A DNA stretch of 64,000 bases from an uncultured Pelagibacteraceae bacterium. Its GTDB lineage: Bacteria; Pseudomonadota; Alphaproteobacteria; Pelagibacterales; Pelagibacteraceae. Position 1 is the first letter of the stretch, and each line of letters starts with the position of its first letter. The translations under genes were made by a program, and so were the position numbers. The stretch lies in the NCBI GenBank assembly GCA_902624465.1, contig CACNXP010000001.1, positions 31,115 through 95,114 of the forward strand, written 5' to 3'. The notes beneath the pieces were generated by a model. It had not been told where the DNA came from. It did no database searches and saw only the letters and a program-made list of their open reading frames with translations. This document shows, one piece after another, positions 1 through 9,854 of the stretch.

Positions 1-676
1 AAGTTTCTTCATGATTTACTTTTTTTAAAATTGAAATAACTTCTTTATCTTTTTCACGGCATTGGAGTGCGATTATGCCCTGTCCGGCGCTTGGTATAAT
101 TTCTTGCGCTGAAAAAATTTCTGCTATTTCATTCTCAAGATTTAAATTTTTAATCCCTGCATAAGACAAAATTATTGCATCATAATTTCCATCTTTTAAT
201 TTTTTAATTCGTGTATCCACATTTCCTCTAATTATTTTACATGTTAGATCAGATCTTAATTTCTTAATTTGAAATTCCCTTCTAAATGAAGATGTTCCTA
301 CAATTGATTTCAACTTAAGATCATTAAATTTTTTTTTATCATTGGTTATCAAAATTTCTCTCGGGTCGTTTCTCTCTAAAAACGAGTCTGTTTTAAGACC
401 ACTAGTTTCTATTACTGGCATATCTTTTAATGCGTGAACTGCAATATCGATAGTTTTATTCTCTAACTCTTTTTCAATTTCGGTCGAGAATAATCCTTTA
501 CCACCTATATCAGACAATCTAATATTTTGAACCTGATCACCTTTTGTTGTAATAGATTTAATTTCTATATCATTTGTACCTAAAGAAGTTTTTTTAATTA
601 TTTGTTCTTTAGCTTTTTGAGCATACAGCAATGCTAATTTACTACCTCTTGAACCAATAATAATTTTTTTAGTCAT
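1..676 (-). CDS. hemC: Hydroxymethylbilane synthase (porphobilinogen deaminase); 3' end runs off the window
   Basis: Not in ORF track. Manual minus-strand translation from ATG at 676 gives MTKKIIIGSRGSKLAL..., with GGKGLFSTEIE, DIAVHALKDMP, GTSSFRREFQ and IRGNVDTRI motifs typical of HemC. Confidence 0.95.
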   Translation of the reverse strand, partial: MTKKIIIGSRGSKLALLYAQKAKEQIIKKTSLGTNDIEIKSITTKGDQVQNIRLSDIGGKGLFSTEIEKELENKTIDIAVHALKDMPVIETSGLKTDSFLERNDPREILITNDKKKFNDLKLKSIVGTSSFRREFQIKKLRSDLTCKIIRGNVDTRIKKLKDGNYDAIILSYAGIKNLNLENEIAEIFSAQEIIPSAGQGIIALQCREKDKEVISILKKVNHEET

Positions 677-732
677 AAATAAATTTATTTCTTTCTTGTA
701 TTGGAAATGTACAATTATTAAAAACTATTTGT

Positions 733-1806
733 ATGAGTAAAAAACCCTTAATTCTTGGAATTGAAACTAGTTGTGATGAAACAGCTGCCTCAGTTATAAC
801 TGAGAATGATCAAGGGAAACCTATAATTTTATCAAACATTGTCTCTAGCCAAACTGATGTCCATAAAGAATTTGGAGGTGTAGTTCCAGAGTTAGCAGCC
901 AGATCTCATATCGAAAAAATAGATTTAATCGTGAAAAAAGCTTTGGATGACAGCGGAATAAAAATTAAAGAGATTGATGCTGTAGCTTCGACTGCAGGTC
1001 CTGGCCTAATCGTTTGTTTATCAGTAGGTTTAAGTTTTGGAAAAGCTTTTGCCTCTTCAATAAATAAGCCATTTATAGCTGTAAATCATTTAGAAGGACA
1101 TGCGTTGAGCCCAAAATTTGTTTCAAACTTAAATTATCCTTACCTCTTACTATTAATTTCTGGTGGTCATTCACAATATTTAAATGTTCAAAGTCTTGGA
1201 AAATATAAAAGGCTAGGAACAACAATTGACGATGCACTAGGTGAGGCTTTTGATAAAACTGCAAAACTTTTAGGAATAGAATTTCCTGGAGGACCCCAAA
1301 TCGAGCTTTTGGCAGAAAAAGGTGATCCTAATTCTTATGATTTACCAAAACCTATTATCAATAAGGGTGGTTGTAATTTGTCATTTGCTGGTCTTAAAAC
1401 TGCAATCCTTAAGATAAGTAAAACGATTAAAACAGAGCAAGATAAATTTAATTTGGCAGCTTCTTTTCAAAAAACAATCGAAGAAATATTAAAAAAAAAA
1501 ACACAAGTTGCTTTTAGTGAATTTGAAAAAGAAAATTATCTAAAAGAAAAAACTTTTGTTGTTGCTGGTGGTGTTGCTGCTAATAAAAAGATAAGAACAA
1601 TGCTACTAAATCTATGTAAAGAAAATGATTATAAAGGTATTTTTCCACCAATAGAAATATGTGGGGATAACGCTGCAATGATAGCAATGGTAGGTTTAGA
1701 AAAATACAAATTAAAACAATTTAATAAATTAGATCACCCAGCAAAACCGAGGTGGCCTTTAGATGAAAAAGCATTATTTTTAAAAGGTGCTGGAGTTAAA
1801 CTTTAA
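733..1806 (+). CDS. tsaD: tRNA N6-adenosine threonylcarbamoyltransferase TsaD
   Basis: LGIETSCDET, GGVVPELAARSH, NHLEGH, DDALGEAFDK and DNAAMIA motifs. Confidence 0.97.
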   Translation: MSKKPLILGIETSCDETAASVITENDQGKPIILSNIVSSQTDVHKEFGGVVPELAARSHIEKIDLIVKKALDDSGIKIKEIDAVASTAGPGLIVCLSVGLSFGKAFASSINKPFIAVNHLEGHALSPKFVSNLNYPYLLLLISGGHSQYLNVQSLGKYKRLGTTIDDALGEAFDKTAKLLGIEFPGGPQIELLAEKGDPNSYDLPKPIINKGGCNLSFAGLKTAILKISKTIKTEQDKFNLAASFQKTIEEILKKKTQVAFSEFEKENYLKEKTFVVAGGVAANKKIRTMLLNLCKENDYKGIFPPIEICGDNAAMIAMVGLEKYKLKQFNKLDHPAKPRWPLDEKALFLKGAGVKL

Positions 1807-2219
1807 TGCAATATTGGTTACTAAAGTCAGAACCTGATGTTTGGTCAATTGACCAACAAAAAAGAGCTGGTATTAAAGGTGCTCCATGGGATGGAGTAAG
1901 AAATTATCAAGCTGCCAAAAATTTAAAATCAATGAAAAAGGGAGATCAATGTTTTTTCTATCACTCAAACATAGGAAAAGAAATTGTTGGTATTGTTGAA
2001 GTTGTCAAGGAAGCATATTTAGACAAGACAGATAAATCTGGTCGATTTGTTGCTGTAACAGTGAAGTTTCTAAAAAAATTAAATAAGTCAGTAAGTCTCG
2101 AGGATATTAAGAAAAACAAGCAATTAAGCCATTTATCACTGATTAAACAAAGCAGACTATCTGTGATGCCAATAGATTCTAAAAGCTGGAAAATTTTAAA
2201 TAACATGGGTAAGATTTAG
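1806..2219 (+). CDS. EVE domain protein
   Basis: [22 protein letters not shown] and RLSVMP motifs; translationally coupled to tsaD. Confidence 0.93.
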   Translation: MQYWLLKSEPDVWSIDQQKRAGIKGAPWDGVRNYQAAKNLKSMKKGDQCFFYHSNIGKEIVGIVEVVKEAYLDKTDKSGRFVAVTVKFLKKLNKSVSLEDIKKNKQLSHLSLIKQSRLSVMPIDSKSWKILNNMGKI

Positions 2220-2230
2220 AAATAATATTT

Positions 2231-4309
2231 ATGCCTAAAAAAAATAAAAAATCTAAATCAAGAAAAAAGACCTCAAAAAAAAAGAGGGTTAAAAAAAGAA
2301 AAAAAATTCTTAAAAGAAAAAAAAAGATTAAAATTAATAATAAAAAAGTTAAAATTAATAATGAAGGCTCAACACAAGAATTAATTTTTAAAACAAAACC
2401 AGAGTGGGTGAAAAGTGGTTTAATTAATAAATCTCAATATCAGAATAAATATACCGACTCTATCAAAAATAATAATGCTTTTTGGAAAAAAGAAGGAAAA
2501 AGAATTACATGGATAAAACCATATAAAAAAATTAAAGATGTCAAATATAGTAAAGATGAAGTTAAAATAAAATGGTTTGAAGACGGAACATTAAATGCGT
2601 CTGCTAATTGTATTGATCGACATTTAAAAGATAAAAAAGATAAAACAGCTATTATTTGGATAGGTGATGATCCTAAGGATACTCAAAAAATTTCCTATAA
2701 ACAACTACATCAAAAAGTTTCAAAAGCAGCAAATGGTCTTAAAAAATTAGGGATACAGAAAGGAGACAGGGTAACAATATACTTAACGATGATACCCGAG
2801 TTGGCTATTTTGATGTTAGCTTGTGCAAGAATAGGAGCCATACATTCCATAATATTTGGCGGATTTTCAGCAGAGTCTATTTCTGGAAGAGTAAATGATT
2901 GCAAATCAGAATACATCATTACTGCTGATGAAGGAGTTAGAGGTGGAAAAACAATTCCATTGAAAGCAACAACCGATGAAGCTCTAAGTAATTGTCCTGA
3001 TGTTAAAAAATGTATTGTTGTTAAAAGAACAGGAAACTATGTTTATTGGGATGACGACAGAGATGTTTGGTATCATGATTTAATTAAAGATGTTCCAAAT
3101 CATTGTGAACCTGAAGAAATGAGTGCGGAAGATCCATTATTTATTCTTTATACATCTGGATCTACGGGTAAACCGAAAGGTGTGTTACATACAACTGGTG
3201 GGTACATGGTTTATGCATCCATGACACATCAATACATATTTAACTATAAGCCTAAAGATATTTATTGGTGCACCGCAGATATTGGTTGGGTGACGGGTCA
3301 TAGTTATATTATTTATGGACCATTATCTAATGGAGCTACTACAATAATGTTTGAGGGAGTACCAAATTATCCAGACAGCTCAAGATGGTGGCAGATTGTT
3401 GATAAATTTAAAGTAAATACTTTCTATACTGCTCCAACAGCTATCAGAGCTCTAATGCGAGAGGGTGATGATCCAGTTAATAAAACGTCTCGAAAATCTC
3501 TAAAATTGTTAGGTACAGTGGGAGAACCTATAAATCCTGAGGCTTGGATGTGGTATTACAAAACAGTTGGAAACTCAAAGTGCCCGATTGTAGATACTTG
3601 GTGGCAAACCGAGACAGGTGGAATTTTAATTGCCCCTCAAACAGGAGCTATACCATTAAAACCTGGATCAGCAACAAAACCTTTTTACGGAATTAAACCT
3701 GTTCTTGTCGATAAGGATGGAAAAGAAATAAAAGGTGCAGGAGAGGGAAGACTTTGTATAGCTCAGTCTTGGCCAGGCCAAATGCGAACTGTTTATGGTG
3801 ATCATCAAAGATTTATTGATACGTATTTTTCTCAATTTGATGGAAAATATTTTACTGGGGATGGATGTAGAAGAGACAAAGATGGGTATTACTGGATCAC
3901 TGGTAGAGTAGATGATGTAATCATTGTATCGGGACACAACTTGGGTACTGCTGAAATTGAAAGTGCTTTTGTTGCTCATCCCAAAGTAGCTGAGGCTGCT
4001 GTAGTTGGTTATCCACACGACATTAAAGGTAATGGTTTATATTGCTACGTTACTCTCAATGCGGGTGAAACTGAAACAGGTGATCTTGAAAGAGAACTTA
4101 AATTGTGGGTGAGAAAACAAATAGGTCCACTAGCAACTCCTGACTTGATACATTTTACTCCAGGACTTCCAAAAACAAGGTCTGGAAAAATAATGAGAAG
4201 AATTCTTAGAAAGATTGCCGCCAATGAACACGGTCAATTAGGTGATACTACTACTTTGGCTGATCCAACAGTTGTTGATAGTTTAGTCGATAATAGAAAA
4301 AATACTTAA
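2231..4309 (+). CDS. acs: Acetyl-CoA synthetase with Lys-rich N-terminal extension
   Basis: [20 protein letters not shown] and [11 protein letters not shown] motifs. Confidence 0.97.
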   Translation: MPKKNKKSKSRKKTSKKKRVKKRKKILKRKKKIKINNKKVKINNEGSTQELIFKTKPEWVKSGLINKSQYQNKYTDSIKNNNAFWKKEGKRITWIKPYKKIKDVKYSKDEVKIKWFEDGTLNASANCIDRHLKDKKDKTAIIWIGDDPKDTQKISYKQLHQKVSKAANGLKKLGIQKGDRVTIYLTMIPELAILMLACARIGAIHSIIFGGFSAESISGRVNDCKSEYIITADEGVRGGKTIPLKATTDEALSNCPDVKKCIVVKRTGNYVYWDDDRDVWYHDLIKDVPNHCEPEEMSAEDPLFILYTSGSTGKPKGVLHTTGGYMVYASMTHQYIFNYKPKDIYWCTADIGWVTGHSYIIYGPLSNGATTIMFEGVPNYPDSSRWWQIVDKFKVNTFYTAPTAIRALMREGDDPVNKTSRKSLKLLGTVGEPINPEAWMWYYKTVGNSKCPIVDTWWQTETGGILIAPQTGAIPLKPGSATKPFYGIKPVLVDKDGKEIKGAGEGRLCIAQSWPGQMRTVYGDHQRFIDTYFSQFDGKYFTGDGCRRDKDGYYWITGRVDDVIIVSGHNLGTAEIESAFVAHPKVAEAAVVGYPHDIKGNGLYCYVTLNAGETETGDLERELKLWVRKQIGPLATPDLIHFTPGLPKTRSGKIMRRILRKIAANEHGQLGDTTTLADPTVVDSLVDNRKNT

Positions 4310-4929
4310 AAACCTAATCGCTCTATAAATTCTTTTTTAACAACACCCCATTTGAGAATTACTGAGTTCAAAACTATTTTACGATCTAAGGTTTTTAATT
4401 CTTCTGCAATTGGAGCCCACTTGTACAAAGATAAAGCACTCGGATTAAAAGGAAGATCATTATGATAGGATTCCCAATTTATTTTTTCTAATCTTTCATT
4501 GAAATTTTTTTTTGTATTTTCAATTATATCTAAGGGCATTTTGTTTGAAATCTCATCATCTAATATTTTAAAAAAAATTTCTTTAGCCTTACTAGTGTCC
4601 TCATATTGTGTCACCGCTTTTAGATAAGAGAAAGTGAAAAATGTAAGGTCTTGTAAAGCTACAGCATAAATATTCCACTTAGCTAGATTCACTGACTTCA
4701 TGAATTCATCATTTTCAAAATGAAGAACATATCTAGTTCCCATTCTGGTTTTTAAGTAACCGTACAAGGTGACTTGAGATACCCAAGCTGATTTAGATTG
4801 TATAAATTCTTCCAATTCGTCTAATGATTTAATTTTTTTCTTCGGGACAAATGCCTTAAAAAGCGCAAATAGATATATCTTAAAGTCTCTCCAAGTAAGG
4901 TCTTTCCAGGTAAGTTTATATTTTCCCAT
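4306..4929 (-). CDS. Hypothetical protein in the acetate locus
   Basis: 207-aa ORF filling the gap between acs and the actP operon; no motif I can assign. Confidence 0.75.
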   Translation of the reverse strand: MGKYKLTWKDLTWRDFKIYLFALFKAFVPKKKIKSLDELEEFIQSKSAWVSQVTLYGYLKTRMGTRYVLHFENDEFMKSVNLAKWNIYAVALQDLTFFTFSYLKAVTQYEDTSKAKEIFFKILDDEISNKMPLDIIENTKKNFNERLEKINWESYHNDLPFNPSALSLYKWAPIAEELKTLDRKIVLNSVILKWGVVKKEFIERLGF

Positions 4930-5054
4930 AAAATATGCTGTTTTTCATATTTATATCCCAAAAAGGTTGTTAATTAGAGCAATTTTAACACTTTAAATCT
5001 TCTTCATAATGGTTATGGTTTTCGCCAGTTATAACTAAAAAGAGAGAGGTATAA

Positions 5055-5315
5055 ATGTCAAAACAAGAACAACACTGGGAAAAATCCAGAGGTTTGCTAT
5101 TCATGACACTAGCAATCTGGTTTGTATTCTCAATTGGCATCTTCCTATTTGGAGCTGAAATGAACGAAGTTACTGGTCCGTTTGGTTACCCGTTAACTTA
5201 TTGGTTCACTTGTCAGGGTTCTCTTGGAATATTTGTAATACTAATTTTTTGGTTTGCAAATAGACAGGAAAAAATTGATGAAGAGTTTGGCTTTTCAGAA
5301 AGAGGGGATGACTAA
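5055..5315 (+). CDS. DUF4212 small membrane protein (accessory subunit of solute:sodium symporter)
   Basis: Two hydrophobic helices, GYPLTYWFTCQGS motif, strong GAGAGG RBS, coupled to the downstream symporter. Confidence 0.88.
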   Translation: MSKQEQHWEKSRGLLFMTLAIWFVFSIGIFLFGAEMNEVTGPFGYPLTYWFTCQGSLGIFVILIFWFANRQEKIDEEFGFSERGDD

Positions 5316-7129
5316 TGATAAAAGGTAATTTTATAGACAATTTGCCTAAGGTTTATGGAATCTATACAGGTGGTTTTTTAGCTTTCATAATCATTATGTC
5401 AATTGCCGAGCAGATGGGTATGACAGCAAAAACAATTGGTATTTGTTTCGTTGCTTTTACTGTGGCCATCTATGCTATAATTGGTTATCTATCACGAACA
5501 GCTCAAGCTGATGCGTATTACGTAGCTGGAAGACAAGTACCAACCGTGTTCAACGGAATGGCAACTGCAGCGGACTGGATGTCTGGTGCATCATTCGTTG
5601 CAATGGCTGGAGGTATTTATTTCAAAGGTTACGGCTATATGGCGCTGCTTGTAGGTTGGACTGGTGGATATGTATTAGTCGCATCTTTATTAGCACCATA
5701 CCTAAGAAAATTTGGCTGTTACACAGTTCCAGATTTCATTGGTACAAGATATGGTGGTAATTTAACAAGGTTTCTTGCAGTAGTGGTTTTAACTGTTGCT
5801 TCATTTACCTATGTGACTGCTCAAATTAACGCTACAGGTACAATAGCATCTGTTGCACTTGATATTCCATTTCAATACGCTGTATATGTTGGTTTAGTAA
5901 GTATCTTACTATGTTCAATGCTAGGTGGTATGAGAGGAGTAACTTGGACACAGGTTGCACAATACATTGTACTAATCATAGCTTACTTATTACCAGTATT
6001 CTGGATCAGTAACAAAATGGGTGCGGGTTTCTTCCCACACTTCATGTTAGCTGATGAAGTTTCAAGAATTGCTGAATTAGAAGCTCAGTTTGGTTTTGTA
6101 AAAAACTCTGCTGAAAATCTAAAAGAAGTGCCAAAAGGTTTGGCTGGAATAACTAAAGCTCACTCAGCAGTGAATGCAACGCCTTGGGCGTTTATTTCAT
6201 TAGCACTAGCAATGATGATGGGAACAGCTTCATTGCCTCACGTGATGATGAGATATTTCACTACGCCAAGTGTAAAAGCAGCTAGAAAATCAGTAGGTTG
6301 GTCTTTATTCTTTATCTTCCTACTTTATTCTTCTGCTCCAATGTTAGCGACACTATCTAAGTTGTCATTGATTGATCCATCACTACCGACAGGTATTATT
6401 GGTAAATCAATTTCAGAAGTTCAATCGATAGATTGGTATCAAAACTGGAACCAAGCAAACTTAATGTTTGTAAGCGACTTTAACGGAAATGGAACTCTTG
6501 AATTAAATGAGTTTTTCATGGGTGGTAAAGCCGTTGTGTTAGCAACTCCAGAAATAGCTGGATTACCATACGTAATCTCAGGTCTAGTTGCTGCTGGAGG
6601 TATGGCGGCTGCCATGTCAACAGCCGATGGTTTGATTCTAGCAATTGCAAATGCAATCTCACACGATGTTTACTATAAAATCATCGATCCAAAAGCTGAG
6701 ACTGCAAAACGACTAGTTGTTGCAAGGGTATTACTTGTAGTAATTGGTTTTGCTGGAGCAACTATTGCAGCAATGGAAATCCAAGGTATCTTAGGTTCGG
6801 TTATCTGGGCTTTTGACTTTGCGATGTCTGGATTGTTCTTCCCACTTGTACTTGGTGTATGGTGGAAGAGAGCTAATAGAGAAGGTGCTATAGCTGGTAT
6901 GGCTTTAGGATTAATTTCCGGTGCTGGTTACCTAATATGGGTAAGAAACGGCGGAAGTGGATTCTTAGGTATTACGCAGTTAACGTTTGGTATCTTTGGT
7001 TCAGCTGTCAGCTTAGTAGCAATGGTAGTTGTAAGTTTAATGACTTCAGCACCAAGCGCTGCTACGCAGAGAATGGTTGATGAGGTTCGTGTACCATCAG
7101 GTAAATCGATCCTTGGCAAACAACACTAA
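5315..7129 (+). CDS. actP: Sodium:solute symporter, ActP-like (VC_2705 subfamily), probable acetate/monocarboxylate permease
   Basis: NGMATAADWMSGASF, GTASLPHVMMRYFT and AAAMSTADGL motifs; many TM helices; adjacent to acs. Confidence 0.88.
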   Translation: MIKGNFIDNLPKVYGIYTGGFLAFIIIMSIAEQMGMTAKTIGICFVAFTVAIYAIIGYLSRTAQADAYYVAGRQVPTVFNGMATAADWMSGASFVAMAGGIYFKGYGYMALLVGWTGGYVLVASLLAPYLRKFGCYTVPDFIGTRYGGNLTRFLAVVVLTVASFTYVTAQINATGTIASVALDIPFQYAVYVGLVSILLCSMLGGMRGVTWTQVAQYIVLIIAYLLPVFWISNKMGAGFFPHFMLADEVSRIAELEAQFGFVKNSAENLKEVPKGLAGITKAHSAVNATPWAFISLALAMMMGTASLPHVMMRYFTTPSVKAARKSVGWSLFFIFLLYSSAPMLATLSKLSLIDPSLPTGIIGKSISEVQSIDWYQNWNQANLMFVSDFNGNGTLELNEFFMGGKAVVLATPEIAGLPYVISGLVAAGGMAAAMSTADGLILAIANAISHDVYYKIIDPKAETAKRLVVARVLLVVIGFAGATIAAMEIQGILGSVIWAFDFAMSGLFFPLVLGVWWKRANREGAIAGMALGLISGAGYLIWVRNGGSGFLGITQLTFGIFGSAVSLVAMVVVSLMTSAPSAATQRMVDEVRVPSGKSILGKQH

Positions 7130-7139
7130 ATAATTATTT

Positions 7140-7166
7140 AAAGGGGCGATTAATTTCGCCCCTTTT
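7140..7166 (+). terminator. Rho-independent terminator after actP
   Basis: AAGGGGCGA-ttaatt-TCGCCCCTT hairpin followed by a short T run. Confidence 0.85.
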
Positions 7167-7198
7167 AATTCAAGTCTTTTTCCAATATAAATTCTTAA

Positions 7199-7555
7199 AT
7201 GTCGGCTAATTTTCACCCAATGGTGTACATCATTGATTACATACTTGGAGTAATAATGTGGACATTAATTGGTAGAGTTGCAATGAATATTTTTCAAAAA
7301 GAAGACTCTCAATTTTTTTTTATGAAAGTATTCGTAAAATTTACCAATCCATTACTACGAATTTTTAAACCAATTACGCCCCAATTTATCATTCAACCAA
7401 TAGTTCCTCTATATGTTGCTTGGTTTTTCTTTATGATAAGATTTTATTTAATGCCATGGATTTTGGGTTATTCTGTCATGGGAATGTTATCTTTTCCTTT
7501 GGAAAGTGAAATTTCAAGACAAATTTATCAATTTTTTAATTCAATTAAATTTTAA
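7199..7555 (+). CDS. Membrane protein, weakly YggT-like
   Basis: Hydrophobic 118-aa ORF with FTNPLLRIFKPITP segment reminiscent of YggT. Confidence 0.65.
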   Translation: MSANFHPMVYIIDYILGVIMWTLIGRVAMNIFQKEDSQFFFMKVFVKFTNPLLRIFKPITPQFIIQPIVPLYVAWFFFMIRFYLMPWILGYSVMGMLSFPLESEISRQIYQFFNSIKF

Positions 7556-7582
7556 AAATTGGTACTAGTAATTTAGTTATCA

Positions 7583-8242
7583 ATGAAAAAAATACAAATA
7601 TCACCATCAATCTTATCTGCTGATTTTAGTCAATTAGGAAACGAAATAAAACGTTTAGAAGATGCTGGGGCCGATATGATTCATGTAGATGTAATGGATG
7701 GGCATTTTGTTCCAAATTTAACCATCGGACCTCCAGTTATAAAAGCATTAAAAAAACAATCATCAATGATATTTGATGTCCATTTAATGATTTCTCCAGT
7801 ACATAAATATATAGATGCATATTCTGATGCAGGTGCAGATATTATTACTATTCATCCAGAAGCTACAGATGATCTAAGTTCATCTATTTCAAAGATTAAA
7901 CAATTAAATAAAAAGGTTGGGGTATCTTTAAATCCTGAAACTAAAGTTGATGTAATTCGAGAACATTTGAACGAAATTGACTTAGTTTTAATAATGAGTG
8001 TTAACCCCGGTTTTGGTGGTCAAAAATTTATGCCAGAAGTTTTAGTAAAAATTAAAGAACTAAAAGAAATACAGAAAATTCAAAATCTCAATTTTGATAT
8101 TGAAATTGATGGAGGTATTAATTTTGATAATTCAAAAGAGGCGATAGATGCAGGAGCAAATATACTTGTTTCTGGAACGACAATTTTTAAAAGTAATAAT
8201 GGAGATATAAAAAAAAATATTGAATTATTAAAATCAAAATAA
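7583..8242 (+). CDS. rpe: Ribulose-phosphate 3-epimerase
   Basis: SPSILSADF, HVDVMDGHFVPN, MSVNPGFGGQ and DGGI motifs. Confidence 0.97.
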   Translation: MKKIQISPSILSADFSQLGNEIKRLEDAGADMIHVDVMDGHFVPNLTIGPPVIKALKKQSSMIFDVHLMISPVHKYIDAYSDAGADIITIHPEATDDLSSSISKIKQLNKKVGVSLNPETKVDVIREHLNEIDLVLIMSVNPGFGGQKFMPEVLVKIKELKEIQKIQNLNFDIEIDGGINFDNSKEAIDAGANILVSGTTIFKSNNGDIKKNIELLKSK

Positions 8243-8246
8243 TTTC

Positions 8247-9854
8247 ATGATTTATATAAATCGATTTTTTTTAAATATTTTCAATAAGATACGAGAATTG
8301 TACTTACATTCTAGTCTGTACGATAAAAAAATTTCCAAAGTTTATAATCAAAATTTTATTTATAAACCTAGTCCACATTTACTTTCATCCTTAATTAAAT
8401 ATCAAAAAAAAAAATTAAGAATCGAAGATTTTGCATTAAATAAAATTTGGGATAACAAAGAAATTACCAAAAAAAATTTAAGAAAACTTAATAATTTTTA
8501 TTGGCTTTTTAGTTTGGATCTTAAATCTTCAAAAAAAAATACACAATCAGTTATAAAAAACTGGATAACTTTAAATCATAAATACAACTCAAAAAGTTGG
8601 ATTTTCGATTTAACTGCAAAAAGAATTATTGCTTGGCTATCAAATCATAATCTTACTTATGAAGATAGTAACGGACAATATAAAATTGATTTCAACACTA
8701 TGATACAAAAACAAACCAATCACATTATAAATGAAATCAATAAATCAAAGTTTATTGAAGATAAATTAATAGGTTGTGCATCTATTATATTAGTTGGACT
8801 TTGTTACCAGGATGAAAAAAAATATTTATCATATGGTTCAAATTTACTAAAAAAGATATCTAAAATTACTCTTGATAATTCTGGTTTTCCTAAATCAAGA
8901 AGTATTAAACAATTAATATTTTATTTGAAATATTATATTTTAATCAGAGAGTGGTTTAAAGAATCTCAAGTTAATATTCCAGAACATATCAATGAAACAA
9001 TTTACTATCTTGGACAAGGTTACGCTTTTGTTTGGCAAAATCTAAAAAGTGATATTCTTTACAATGGTAATAATATTTCAGATAATAATAATTTTGATAA
9101 TTATCTTCAAAGACAAGGTTATAAATTCAAAAATGACAATCAAGATTATGGTGGATATATAATCTTGAGAAATAAGAAGATGTGTCTTACTATGGATGCT
9201 GGTCCTTCACCAAATTTGTTTTTTTCTAGGGATTACCAATCTGGAGCTTTATCTTTTGAAATAATTTCTAATGGAAAAAAATTAATTAGCAATTGTGGCT
9301 ATCATAACGAAACAAATATAAAACTTAATCATTTATCAAGATCAAGTGCTGCTCAGAATACATTAGTAATTGATGATAATTCCTCCTGCAAATTTACAAA
9401 CAGCGATAAATCTTTTTTTGTTACGAAGGGTTTAAAAATCACAAAAAAAGAAACAATTTTTGAAAAAAACTATTGGAAAATAAATGCTTCTCATGACGGA
9501 TACCAAAAAAAATATAATACTATTCATGAAAGAAATATAGAGTTTTACCCTGAAGAAGAAACTTTTGTTGGCTGCGATAAAATTATAAAAAAGATTAATA
9601 AAAATTATAAATTTGATATTCGATTTCATGTAGAACCAGACGTAAAATTAATGAAAACTCAGGATGGTAAATCAATATTAATTGAGTTGGATGATGAAGG
9701 TTGGAAATTTACTTGTGATAATTATGATATAAATATTGATAATGGTTTATATTTCGGTAATAAAAATTCATATATTGATAATCAAAATATATTTATTTCT
9801 GGGATTTCAAATAACCATACTGAAGATATTAAATGGCAAATAAAAAAAATATAG
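8247..9854 (+). CDS. Heparinase II/III-like protein
   Basis: Occupies the rpe-X-purH position known in alphaproteobacteria; GALSFE, SNCG, ASHDGY and RFH motifs. Confidence 0.75.
   Translation: MIYINRFFLNIFNKIRELYLHSSLYDKKISKVYNQNFIYKPSPHLLSSLIKYQKKKLRIEDFALNKIWDNKEITKKNLRKLNNFYWLFSLDLKSSKKNTQSVIKNWITLNHKYNSKSWIFDLTAKRIIAWLSNHNLTYEDSNGQYKIDFNTMIQKQTNHIINEINKSKFIEDKLIGCASIILVGLCYQDEKKYLSYGSNLLKKISKITLDNSGFPKSRSIKQLIFYLKYYILIREWFKESQVNIPEHINETIYYLGQGYAFVWQNLKSDILYNGNNISDNNNFDNYLQRQGYKFKNDNQDYGGYIILRNKKMCLTMDAGPSPNLFFSRDYQSGALSFEIISNGKKLISNCGYHNETNIKLNHLSRSSAAQNTLVIDDNSSCKFTNSDKSFFVTKGLKITKKETIFEKNYWKINASHDGYQKKYNTIHERNIEFYPEEETFVGCDKIIKKINKNYKFDIRFHVEPDVKLMKTQDGKSILIELDDEGWKFTCDNYDINIDNGLYFGNKNSYIDNQNIFISGISNNHTEDIKWQIKKI

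Noticed and set aside
1806-2219. EVE domain protein as a modification-dependent defence component
   Set aside because: Stand-alone EVE gene near tsaD is a familiar housekeeping context; no nuclease partner
8247-9854. Heparinase II/III-like gene as part of the accessory sulfated-glycan system
   Set aside because: It occupies the conserved rpe-purH position seen broadly in alphaproteobacteria, so it is more likely a core gene
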